A DNA stretch of 64,000 nt, from assembly GCA_035248725.1 (NCBI GenBank), contig DATFHG010000111.1, positions 20,252 through 84,251 of the forward strand, read 5' to 3'. The notes beneath the pieces were generated by a model. That model searched no databases. It saw only the letters and a list, made by a program, of their open reading frames with translations, and was not told where the DNA came from. Below, piece by piece: positions 10,800 to 18,987 of the stretch; positions within the stretch are counted from its first letter, which is position 1, and every line of letters begins with the position of its first letter. The stretch is from Gemmatimonadaceae bacterium (GTDB taxonomy: Bacteria > Gemmatimonadota > Gemmatimonadetes > Gemmatimonadales > Gemmatimonadaceae). Both the position numbers and the translations under genes were made by a program.

Positions 10800-11051
10800 G
10801 TGGCAAGCAGGTTGCTTCTACATCGGTCCGTGGCAACCACTACCTGGCAACCCGTCACGCTCGTGCAGTGCGTGAGCGTCAAACCATGGCTCGTCATCCC
10901 CGGAGACGATGAGCCCGGTGGCTGCCACGACCTGACGCTCGGCAAGATCTATGAGTGCCTGGGCCTGGAGGGTCGCGGGTCGTTCCTGCGCATCGTGGAC
11001 GACTCGGGCGAGGACTATCTCTATCCCCTGTCGCACTTCAAAGAGGTCTAG
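10800..11051 (+). CDS. Small hypothetical protein
   Basis: 83-codon ORF (GTG start) with GC-rich third positions. The C-terminal part reads protein-like: LTLGKIYECLGLEGRGSFLRIVDDSGEDYLYPLSHFKEV. The start could be a later in-frame GTG. No family recognised. Confidence 0.5.
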   Translation: MASRLLLHRSVATTTWQPVTLVQCVSVKPWLVIPGDDEPGGCHDLTLGKIYECLGLEGRGSFLRIVDDSGEDYLYPLSHFKEV

Positions 11052-11055
11052 CGCG

Positions 11056-11520
11056 TCATTCCAGGTCGACGAGCTGGACGTCGATCTGCCCGCTCTCGAT
11101 GGTCAAACGCGCGCAACTCGGTGTCAGCTTGAATCGGCGCTGACCCGCCGCGCCGGGATTCACCACCCATCGTCCGTCGACGTGCGCCACGAGCTGTTTA
11201 TGCGTGTGCCCGTACACAACGACGTCCGCCGCGTACGTCGCGAGAAGCTTCTGCGGCGTCGGCGCACCCAGTTCGTGGCCATGGCTCACGTGAATGCGCA
11301 TGCCCTCGTACGTCAGGTCGATCGATTCGGCGAGGCCGGGCGTGCCGACGGGATCCGTGTTGCCGTACACGGCCCGAACGGGAGCGATCGCGCCGAGCTC
11401 CTCGAGGACGCCATCGCCCACATCGCCCGCGTGGAGAATGAGCTCGACGCCGGCGAGCGCCTGGAACACCGACGGACGCACGAGACCGTGCGTGTCGGAG
11501 ATCAGGCCTAGGAGCCCCAA
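11056..11520 (-). CDS. YfcE/MJ0936-family metallophosphoesterase
   Basis: LISDTHG...HAGDVGD...GNTD...HGHE...GHTH motif series in 154 aa. Confidence 0.85.
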   Translation of the reverse strand: MGLLGLISDTHGLVRPSVFQALAGVELILHAGDVGDGVLEELGAIAPVRAVYGNTDPVGTPGLAESIDLTYEGMRIHVSHGHELGAPTPQKLLATYAADVVVYGHTHKQLVAHVDGRWVVNPGAAGQRRFKLTPSCARLTIESGQIDVQLVDLE

Positions 11521-12107
11521 CGCTTCACGAGCTCGTGCTCGACGTCCAGCTGATCGAGAACGCGAGCGACGACGAAGTCCACGAGCTCCTGCACGCTCCG
11601 CGGCTTGTTATAGAATCCCGGCGCCGCGGGCAGGACCACCGCACCCGCCCGCGCGAGGCGCAGCATGTTCTGCAGGTGAATGGCGCTGAGCGGAGTTTCG
11701 CGCGGCACCAGCACCAGCGTGCGCCGCTCCTTGAGCGTGACGTCCGCGGCCCGTTCCACCAGCGATCGCGACGCGCCCACACTGATGGCGGACAGCGTCC
11801 CCATCGAGCACGGACAGACCACCATTCCCGCGGTCCGCGCCGAGCCGGACGCCGGTGCCGCACCGCGGTCGGCGTCGTCGTACACCGTGACGAGACTGCT
11901 CCATTCGGCGACACCGACGCGCTTGCGCAACTCATCCACGGAGCCGATGTCCATCTCCGTATCCAGGAGGCGCAGCCCGTGCGACGAGACGATCAACGAC
12001 ACCCGCCGCTCCGCGATCAGCAGCGCCTCGAGCAGACGCACCGCGTAGGGCGCGCCGGACGCGCCGGTGATCGCGAACACGATGGGAAGCGCCGCGCGGT
12101 CCGTCAT
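11508..12107 (-). CDS. ubiX: Flavin prenyltransferase (UbiX family)
   Basis: PIVFAITGASGAPYAVRLLEALL...VVCPCSMGTLSAI...RRTLVLVPRETPLS. Confidence 0.92.
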   Translation of the reverse strand: MTDRAALPIVFAITGASGAPYAVRLLEALLIAERRVSLIVSSHGLRLLDTEMDIGSVDELRKRVGVAEWSSLVTVYDDADRGAAPASGSARTAGMVVCPCSMGTLSAISVGASRSLVERAADVTLKERRTLVLVPRETPLSAIHLQNMLRLARAGAVVLPAAPGFYNKPRSVQELVDFVVARVLDQLDVEHELVKRWGS

Positions 12108-12109
12108 CG

Positions 12110-13033
12110 TTAGCCGCGCAGGAATCCCGCTCGCGCCAGGCGATCGAGCAGGACGAGGAAGAAGAACAGGATGCTGATCATCCCGTTCATCGTGAAGAAG
12201 GCGGCATCGAGCTTGGTGAGGTCATCCTCGCGCACCAGCGAGTGCTCGTACGCGAGCAATGCCGCGGACAGAACGACGCCAGCCCAGTAGAACGCGCCAC
12301 CATGCACCGCGATGCCCACCAGAGCCAGAAACGCCACGCTCAGCAGGTGCATGACACGAGCGACCACGATCGCGCTCTGCGCCCCCATCGCCGCCGGCAC
12401 CGACTGCAACTGCTGCGCGCGATCGAACTCGACGTCCTGCAGCGAATAGAAGATGTCGAAGCCGCCGACCCAGGCCGCCACCGCGGCCGCGAGGGCGAGC
12501 AGCATCCACCCCGGGCGACTCCAGCCGCCGACGACCGCCAGGTATCCGCCCACCGGCGCGATCGCGAGCGACCACCCGAGCACGAGGTGCGACCAGCGCG
12601 TGAATCGCTTGGTGTAGCTGTAGAAGAAGATCCAGGCGAGAGCGATCGGGGACAGCGCGAGACAGAGCCAGTTCAACTGCGCCGCGGAGAATACGAAGAC
12701 CGATGCGGCGATCAGCACCGCCGTCCACGCCTCGCCCACGCGCAGCGTGCCGCGCGGCAGCTCGCGCATGGCGGTGCGCGGGTTGCGGCGATCGATGTCG
12801 CGATCGACGATGCGGTTGAACCCCATCGCCGCGAAGCGAGCCGCGGTGAACGCCAGGATCACCCACCCGACCTGCGTCAGCTGCAGCGGCCGCCGGAACG
12901 ATCCGAGCACGACACCGACGAGCGCGAAGGGCAGCGCAAACACCGTGTGCGGAAGCTTGACGAGATTCGCGTACGCGATCACCCGCGAGCTGCCACCGAA
13001 CGTCTGCCCTTCACGAACGGAGGGCGCGCTCAT
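12110..13033 (-). CDS. ubiA: UbiA-family aromatic polyprenyltransferase
   Basis: ORF 12110..13357. The real start MSAPSVREG... at ATG 13033 overlaps the ubiD stop (ATGA). LVKLPHTVFALPFAL..., Asp-rich NRIVDRDIDRRNPRT, multiple TM helices. Confidence 0.88.
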   Translation of the reverse strand: MSAPSVREGQTFGGSSRVIAYANLVKLPHTVFALPFALVGVVLGSFRRPLQLTQVGWVILAFTAARFAAMGFNRIVDRDIDRRNPRTAMRELPRGTLRVGEAWTAVLIAASVFVFSAAQLNWLCLALSPIALAWIFFYSYTKRFTRWSHLVLGWSLAIAPVGGYLAVVGGWSRPGWMLLALAAAVAAWVGGFDIFYSLQDVEFDRAQQLQSVPAAMGAQSAIVVARVMHLLSVAFLALVGIAVHGGAFYWAGVVLSAALLAYEHSLVREDDLTKLDAAFFTMNGMISILFFFLVLLDRLARAGFLRG

Positions 13034-14514
13034 CGCTGCACCGGGATGCCCAGACGTGACCACAGCGCATCGATGCGCGTGCGCGTCGCCGCGTCCATCT
13101 CGATCACTTTCGGCCAGTCCCGCGTAAATCCCTCCTCCGGAAGCTTCTTCGTGCAGTCGAAGCCGACCTTCGAACCATAGGTGAATGCTCGGCTGGAGTG
13201 GTCGAGCACGTCCATGGGCCCCATCGAGAACCGCGCGTCGCGTTGCGGGTCGAGGTTGTTCAGCGCCACCCACCACGCCTCGCGCGTGTCGCGCACGTTC
13301 ACCCAGTGGTCCACCACGACGATCACTTTCGCCAGCGACATCAGTCCCTGCCCCCACAGCGCATTCATCACTTTCTGCGCCTGGCCCGGATACTCCTTCC
13401 GGATGGACACGAACACGAGATTGTGGAAGATGCCTTCGGCCGGCATGTGATAGTCCACGATCTCGGGGATGGTGAGCTTCAGCAGCGGAAGAAAGATGCG
13501 TTCGGTCGCATGCCCGAGGTAGAAATCCTCCATCGGCGGCCGCCCGACGATGGTCGAGGGGAAGATCGCATGCGTCCGCATCGTGATGGCGGTGACGTGC
13601 ACCGGCGGGTAGAGATCCGCCAGGGAATAGAATCCCGTGTGATCGCCAAATGGTCCCTCCGTGACGAGCGATTCGCGCGGGTCGATGTACCCCTCGATGA
13701 CGAAGTCCGCTTCGGCCGGCACTTCGAGGTCACACGTTAGCGCCGTGGTGAGTGACACCGGCTGCTTCCGCAGGAATCCGGCGAACAGGAACTCATCGAT
13801 GGTCGGCGGCAGTGGCGCCGACGCCGAGTACATGGACGGCGGGTCCGCGCCGAGTGCGATGCACACCGGCATGGTCTCGCCACGCTCCGCCATCTCCCGC
13901 CAGTGCGCCGCGCCGACTTTGTGCCGCTGCCAGTGCATGGCCAACGTCGTTTTCCCTGTCTGCATCACGCGGTACATGCCGACGTTGCGGATTCCCCGCT
14001 TCGGGTCGCGCGTAATCACCATCGGGAACGTGATGTACGCGCCCCCGTCCTCGGGCCAGCACTTGGTCAGCGGCAGCTTGTCGAGGTCTACGTCGGCGTC
14101 GCGCCACACCACGTCCTGGCATGGCGCGTGGCCGCTGCGCTTGCGGGGCGGGAACTTCGCGACCTCCATCACCCGCGGCAGGAGCGCCAGTTTCGCGACG
14201 ATCCCCTCGGGCGGCTTCATCTGCAGCAGCTCCGTGATGCGCGCACCGATGTCATCCAGCCGCTCGACGCCGAACGCCATCGCGATGCGCCGCATGGAGC
14301 CGAACAGGTTGATCGCGACCGGGAACCCCGAAGGCTGGCCGTTCATCAGGGTCGGCCGCTCGAAGAGCAGCGCGGGCCCGCCGCCGGGACTCTTCATCAC
14401 GCGGTCGGCGATCTCCGTGATTTCGAGGTTCACGGATACCGGCTCGCGAACGCGCACCAGCTCGCCGGCAGCGTCCAGCTGCTTCACGAATTCCGAAAGC
14501 GTATCGATGCTCAC
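13030..14514 (-). CDS. ubiD: UbiD-family (prenylated-FMN dependent) decarboxylase
   Basis: ORF 13030..14631. Family-like N-terminus (V->M)SIDTLSEFVKQLDAAGELVRVREPVS starts at GTG 14514. Conserved blocks: NVGMYRVMQ, GGAYITFPMVITRDP, EGPFGDHTGFY. Confidence 0.92.
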   Translation of the reverse strand: MSIDTLSEFVKQLDAAGELVRVREPVSVNLEITEIADRVMKSPGGGPALLFERPTLMNGQPSGFPVAINLFGSMRRIAMAFGVERLDDIGARITELLQMKPPEGIVAKLALLPRVMEVAKFPPRKRSGHAPCQDVVWRDADVDLDKLPLTKCWPEDGGAYITFPMVITRDPKRGIRNVGMYRVMQTGKTTLAMHWQRHKVGAAHWREMAERGETMPVCIALGADPPSMYSASAPLPPTIDEFLFAGFLRKQPVSLTTALTCDLEVPAEADFVIEGYIDPRESLVTEGPFGDHTGFYSLADLYPPVHVTAITMRTHAIFPSTIVGRPPMEDFYLGHATERIFLPLLKLTIPEIVDYHMPAEGIFHNLVFVSIRKEYPGQAQKVMNALWGQGLMSLAKVIVVVDHWVNVRDTREAWWVALNNLDPQRDARFSMGPMDVLDHSSRAFTYGSKVGFDCTKKLPEEGFTRDWPKVIEMDAATRTRIDALWSRLGIPVQR

Positions 14515-14575
14515 GCGGAAAAAGCTAAGAGATCGGCGCTGACCCCACAGGCGCGGACGCGTATCTTGGGGCTGC

Positions 14576-15805
14576 GTGTTCTCCCTTCCCTTTGCGCTGC
14601 GGCGCCCTTTCCTCATCCTGCGGGACCTCATCGCCAGCCGCGAGCGTCCCGATCTTCATGCGCTCGCGGAGATCGAGGAACCGGAGCGATTCGTCTGGGC
14701 CATCCTCCCGCACGCCGCGCGCACCTTTGCGGCGTGCATTACGTTGCTTCCCGCCCGCTCCGCGCGGGCGGCGGCGGTGGCCTATCTCTACTGTCGGGTG
14801 CTCGATACGTACGAGGACCTGGTCCCCGACCGCACGCTCCGGGAGCACGCGCTTCGCGACTTCGCCGCGCGGTTCGACGTCGTCGACGGCCCGCTCCCGC
14901 CGGCGCCCACCATCGCCGATGCTGCGGACCGCGACGATCGCGATCGTGCCCACCTGCTCCTCGTTCATCGGGTCGGGCTCGTCGATCAGGTCTTTGCATC
15001 GCTCGAGCCGGCGACCCGCCTCGTCGTCCGCGACCTGGTACGCGACATGGCGGAGGGCATGCAGTGGTCATCCGCGACGTTCGCCGCGCACGCAGGGGTG
15101 TTGCCCGCCGCCGATCTCGCGCGCTATTGCCGTCACGTCCTCGGCAATCCCGTCGTGTTCAGCGTCCGGCTGCTGCGCATGCGCTACGGCGCGAGCCCGG
15201 ACCTCGCGCCGGCCGACCGGGAAGACGCCATGCTCGTCGGAGAGATGGTCCAGCTCGCGAACATTACGCGCGACATCGAGAAGGACCTGCGGCGTGGCAT
15301 CGCGTACGATCCGGCGCTCAGGCCATATCTGGGTCGCGATGCGCGCACGGACGTATCCATGCGCGCCGACATCGACGAGGTGCGCGGACGACTGGTCCGG
15401 TTCGCGCTCTCGCGCGCACCGGCGTACCGTCGCGTCGTCGATGGCATTCACCTGCCAAAGCGGAGCGTCGCCCGCGCGTCGGCCGTCCTGATGCTGCTCT
15501 TTACCGAACGCCATTTCCGGCACTGCGCCCGCAGCGCGGATCTGCCCGCGTGGGACGGACCCGAGTCCACGCTGGAGCTCCTGGCGCGATCGGTGCGCGC
15601 AGCCTTTTCCGCCGCACGCGCGAACCGTGAGATGCTACGCGTGGAGCAGGCGTTCGCGAACGGGATCTATCCCCGAACGCCAACGTGGAGCGCTGCGACG
15701 CCGAACGTCAACATCGTCCACCGCACGTCCGCGAACCCCGCCGATCCCAATCGCCGACCGAGCTCCGGCGCCGACGGAAAGTGGGCGACCGACTCGGGCA
15801 GGTAG
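14576..15805 (+). CDS. Squalene/phytoene synthase family protein (squalene-synthase-like motifs)
   Basis: First Asp-rich motif YLYCRVLDTYEDL (DTxED as in squalene synthases). Second motif LANITRDIEKDLRRGIAYDP. The last 139 nt overlap the convergent ubiE-like gene, and that tail (…PRTPTWSAATPNVNIVHRTSANPADPNRRPSSG…) looks non-conserved. Confidence 0.75.
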   Translation: MFSLPFALRRPFLILRDLIASRERPDLHALAEIEEPERFVWAILPHAARTFAACITLLPARSARAAAVAYLYCRVLDTYEDLVPDRTLREHALRDFAARFDVVDGPLPPAPTIADAADRDDRDRAHLLLVHRVGLVDQVFASLEPATRLVVRDLVRDMAEGMQWSSATFAAHAGVLPAADLARYCRHVLGNPVVFSVRLLRMRYGASPDLAPADREDAMLVGEMVQLANITRDIEKDLRRGIAYDPALRPYLGRDARTDVSMRADIDEVRGRLVRFALSRAPAYRRVVDGIHLPKRSVARASAVLMLLFTERHFRHCARSADLPAWDGPESTLELLARSVRAAFSAARANREMLRVEQAFANGIYPRTPTWSAATPNVNIVHRTSANPADPNRRPSSGADGKWATDSGR

Positions 15806-16413
15806 CGGTACGCGCTCGGATTGCCGCTGATCCAGCCGCCAAGGCGCGGCAGCACGTGATGGAAATACAGGTGATACGCGCGGCGAATGACCGCGCTCGG
15901 CGGGGTCGTGAACTCGAGGATGACGAAACGGGCGCCGGGCCGCAGCACGCGCGCGACCTCGCGCAGCCCCGCGTCCAGATCGGAGAGATTCCGCGCGCCG
16001 AACGCCACGATCGCGCCCGCGCACGATGCGTCGGCGATGGGGAGCGCCAGCGCATCCGCGGCGACCGCCTGCACGACCGTTCCGCGCGCCTTCGGCATCC
16101 CCGCCTGCAACATCGGGATCGCGAAATCCGCGCCGATGACACGCCCGCGAAACGCCGGCTGCGCCGCGAGCTCGACGGCCACGTCGAGCGTACCGGCGCA
16201 CAGGTCGAGGTAGACCCCGTCCGCGTGGCGCTCCCACTCGAGTGCGCGGAGCGCGCGCCGACGCCAGCGACGGTCTATGTTGAGCGAGAGCAGATGATTC
16301 AACAGATCGTAGCGCGGGGCGATGTCCGAGAACATCGCGCGGACGTACGCACGCTTGTCGCCGGCGCCGCTGGCAGCCGCCCGCGCGCGCTCCGTATGCT
16401 CCAGATCCGTCAT
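15667..16413 (-). CDS. ubiE: Demethylmenaquinone/ubiquinone C-methyltransferase (UbiE/MenG family)
   Basis: ORF 15667..16533. VRAMFSDIAPRYDLLNHLLSLNIDRRWRR, SAM motif VYLDLCAGTLDV, then FGARNLSDLDAGLREVARVLRPGARFVILEF...YRYLPESV. Start taken at ATG 16413 (MTDLEH...). Confidence 0.9.
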   Translation of the reverse strand: MTDLEHTERARAAASGAGDKRAYVRAMFSDIAPRYDLLNHLLSLNIDRRWRRRALRALEWERHADGVYLDLCAGTLDVAVELAAQPAFRGRVIGADFAIPMLQAGMPKARGTVVQAVAADALALPIADASCAGAIVAFGARNLSDLDAGLREVARVLRPGARFVILEFTTPPSAVIRRAYHLYFHHVLPRLGGWISGNPSAYRYLPESVAHFPSAPELGRRLGSAGFADVRWTMLTFGVAALHVGVRG

Positions 16414-16471
16414 CGGCACGGCTGCAACTTCGTGGCGCCTGAGTGACGCGGCAAGCATCTTCCTACCGCGA

Positions 16472-17119
16472 ATGTCGCCGACACCATCCGCCGTTCTCGA
16501 CCTCGCGAACCTTCCCGATGCCGACGTCGTCACGCTCGCGCAGAAAGGTCGCGAGGCCGCCTATCGTGAGCTGATCCGGCGATACGAACGGCCCGTGTTC
16601 TCGCTCGTGTACCGGATGGTACGGGACCGCGAGCTCTCCGAGGACCTCACGCAGGATACCTTCGTGAAAGTCCTCACGCACATCGACAAGTACCGATCCG
16701 AATTCAAGTTCTCGAGTTGGCTGTTCAAGATCGCGAACAACGTCGCCATCGATCATCTGCGCCGCCGCCAGCTCGACACCGTGAGCATGGAAGGTTCGCC
16801 GCACGCAACCACCACGGACCTCGCCGAAGCCACCTCGTTCGAGCTGGCCGCCTCCAATGAAACGCCCCTGCAGGAGCTGGAAGCACGCGAGCTGGGATCC
16901 GAGATCGAACGCGCCATCGCACAGCTGCGGCCCGAATATCGCGCCTGCATCCTGCTGCGGCACGTCGAAGACAAGTCGTACGAGGAGATCGCGGCCACGC
17001 TCGATCTCCCCCTTGGCACCGTGAAGACCTACATCCACCGCGCCCGCCACGAGCTGCGTCGCTTGCTCGACCACGTGCGCGACGAAGGCTTTGGACCGCC
17101 GGCGGAGGAGCCCGCGTGA
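16472..17119 (+). CDS. ECF-type sigma-70 family RNA polymerase sigma factor
   Basis: Region 2: YERPVFSLVYRMVRDRELSEDLTQDTFVKV...FKFSSWLFKIANNVAIDHLRRR. Region 4: YRACILLRHVEDKSYEEIAATLDLPLGTVKTYIHRARHELR. Start ATG 16472 inside ORF 16322..17119. Confidence 0.92.
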   Translation: MSPTPSAVLDLANLPDADVVTLAQKGREAAYRELIRRYERPVFSLVYRMVRDRELSEDLTQDTFVKVLTHIDKYRSEFKFSSWLFKIANNVAIDHLRRRQLDTVSMEGSPHATTTDLAEATSFELAASNETPLQELEARELGSEIERAIAQLRPEYRACILLRHVEDKSYEEIAATLDLPLGTVKTYIHRARHELRRLLDHVRDEGFGPPAEEPA

Positions 17120-17222
17120 CACCCCTCACAGCCACGACCCGTGGTTCGGTCACGCCGGCCGACCGCGCCGCAACCGCTGAAACTCTCATTCTTTCCTGGC
17201 CGTACGAACGCCCGGAGGCCTA

Positions 17223-17810
17223 GTGCAACACCGCCATTTACTACCCAACGAATTCGACCTGCTGCTGGACGAGGAAAGCGGATTCGGCGTCAAGCCGCTC
17301 CGCCAACACGTCCAGGGCTGTCCGGACTGCAGCGCTCGCCTGGCTGAAGCCAGGGAGCTTGTCGGTACGCTCCACGAGCTGCCGCTCATGAGCCCGCGCA
17401 TCGGCCTCGCCGATCGCGTCATGGCACAGGTCCCCGTTTTCGTGCCCTGGCACGTGGCCGCTCGCGACGCGATCGGCCGTCTCGTACCGGACACGCCGGC
17501 GTTGCGGGCAGTAGCCGCCGGCCTCATCGCGGTCGTCGGTTCGGTCCTTACGGGGGTCACCCTCTGGATCGCGACTCGCGGGGACGTGCTGTCGCTCTTC
17601 ACCGGACTGCTGGGCGAAGGCGTCAGAAGCACGGCTTCGCAGGCTGCCGGCGACATTGTCGTCGCGCTCTTCGGCCCGCAGCTCGGCGCGGCGGTGGCGC
17701 AGATCGGCCCGCTCGGCGTCGCCCTCGCGGCTGGTGGTTTCCTGGTCGCGTCGCTCGCAACGGTTTTCGGACTTCGACTCATCGCGACCTCGAGCCGCGC
17801 GCGGAGCTGA
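17223..17810 (+). CDS. Putative zinc-finger (zf-HC2) anti-sigma factor, membrane-anchored
   Basis: H-x3-C-x2-C motif HVQGCPDCSARL near the N-terminus, followed by two hydrophobic helices. GTG 17223 is preceded by GGAGG. It lies directly downstream of the ECF sigma gene. Confidence 0.7.
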   Translation: MQHRHLLPNEFDLLLDEESGFGVKPLRQHVQGCPDCSARLAEARELVGTLHELPLMSPRIGLADRVMAQVPVFVPWHVAARDAIGRLVPDTPALRAVAAGLIAVVGSVLTGVTLWIATRGDVLSLFTGLLGEGVRSTASQAAGDIVVALFGPQLGAAVAQIGPLGVALAAGGFLVASLATVFGLRLIATSSRARS

Positions 17811-17811
17811 C

Positions 17812-18939
17812 ATGCGCGCGCTCGTGATCGGGGCGATCGCCGCGGCCACCTTGCCCGCGGCGACGGCGAACCTGTCGGCGCAGCAGACGCCGTCCGCGCC
17901 AACGGCCACCGTTGCGCCGGGCGTCGTCGACGGCCGGCTCCGGACCGAGATCTTCATTATCCGGACGCTCTTCGGCGGAATCCACGCTCCCCCTGCGGAC
18001 AGCTTTCGTGTGGGCACGCAGGATGTGGCGGCGGGGTCCACGTTTTCCGGCACGTACGCCGTCGCGCGCGGCAATCTCGCGATCCGCGGCCGTGTGACCG
18101 GCAATGCCATCACGCTGCACGGTGATGTGATCGTCTATCCGGGCGGCTCCGTCGGTGGCAGCGCTACCGCGGTGGACGGACGTGTGCGCACGGCTGGTGG
18201 CGTGGTGGAGGGCGATGTCCGTTCCATTCGCGGCATCACCGGCACGCTGCTGGCGCGCACCGCGGGCTCAGGCGCGCCGGCCGAGCCACCGTCCGCCTGG
18301 GATGCGATGAAACAGGTGCTCGGCTGGTTTGCCGTGCTCGTGGCCATCGGCATCGGCGTGCTGCTGTTCGCCGAGCGCAATCTCGACGGCGTAGTCGACG
18401 TACTCGACTCCCAGTTCTCGCGCTCCTTCTGGACGGGCGTTCTCACCCAGATTGCCGCGCTGCCGGCCTTGATGCTCATCCTGCTGGCGCTCGCAATCTC
18501 GCTCATCGGGATCCTGCTCATCCCATTTGCCGCCGTGGCGTATATCATCGCGCTGGCGGGCCTGCTGACGCTGGGATTTCTCGCCATCGCGCGATTCACC
18601 GGACGCGCGTTCTTCCGCGCGTCACCCGCTTCACGGGCTGTGCACCTGCGATCGCTGTTCGTCGGACTGGTGCTGTACCTGGGGCTCTGGTTTCTGGCTG
18701 CGGCTTTCATATGGACGCCGGTGGCCGGTTCGATACTTCGCGCTATCGCGCTCGCGGTGAGCTGGGTGGGTGTCACCTTCGGCCTCGGCGCCACGGTGCT
18801 CAGCCGCGCCGGGACGCGCCGTTCGGGTGGGCACATTGCAAAGCCTCGCGCTGTCGACGACTTCGCCTGGCAGACTCCGACGCCTGTGACGGGCGTCGTC
18901 GCCGCACGTCGCCCCGTCGTGACCGCCAAGGAGAACTAA
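17812..18939 (+). CDS. Membrane protein with signal peptide, bactofilin-like beta-helix repeat region and polytopic C-terminus
   Basis: ATG 17812 (MRALVIGAIAAATLPAATANLSAQQ) lies inside ORF 17656..18939, 1 nt after the anti-sigma stop. Repeat-like GNLAIRGRVTGNAITLHGDVIVYPGGSVGGSATAVDGRVRTAGGVVEGDVRSI is followed by 4-5 hydrophobic helices. Confidence 0.7.
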   Translation: MRALVIGAIAAATLPAATANLSAQQTPSAPTATVAPGVVDGRLRTEIFIIRTLFGGIHAPPADSFRVGTQDVAAGSTFSGTYAVARGNLAIRGRVTGNAITLHGDVIVYPGGSVGGSATAVDGRVRTAGGVVEGDVRSIRGITGTLLARTAGSGAPAEPPSAWDAMKQVLGWFAVLVAIGIGVLLFAERNLDGVVDVLDSQFSRSFWTGVLTQIAALPALMLILLALAISLIGILLIPFAAVAYIIALAGLLTLGFLAIARFTGRAFFRASPASRAVHLRSLFVGLVLYLGLWFLAAAFIWTPVAGSILRAIALAVSWVGVTFGLGATVLSRAGTRRSGGHIAKPRAVDDFAWQTPTPVTGVVAARRPVVTAKEN

Positions 18940-18954
18940 CGCGAGCGGTGATCC

Positions 18955-18983
18955 CCGACTGGCGCATGGCTTGCGCCAGTCGG
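18955..18983 (+). promoter_or_regulatory. Perfect 12-bp stem / 5-nt loop hairpin ending 4 nt before the yihY-like ATG
   Basis: CCGACTGGCGCA (18955-18966), loop tggct, TGCGCCAGTCGG (18972-18983). No T-tract follows. It could be an I-shaped terminator for the sigma operon or a translation-occluding structure. Confidence 0.4.
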
Positions 18984-18987
18984 CGAC

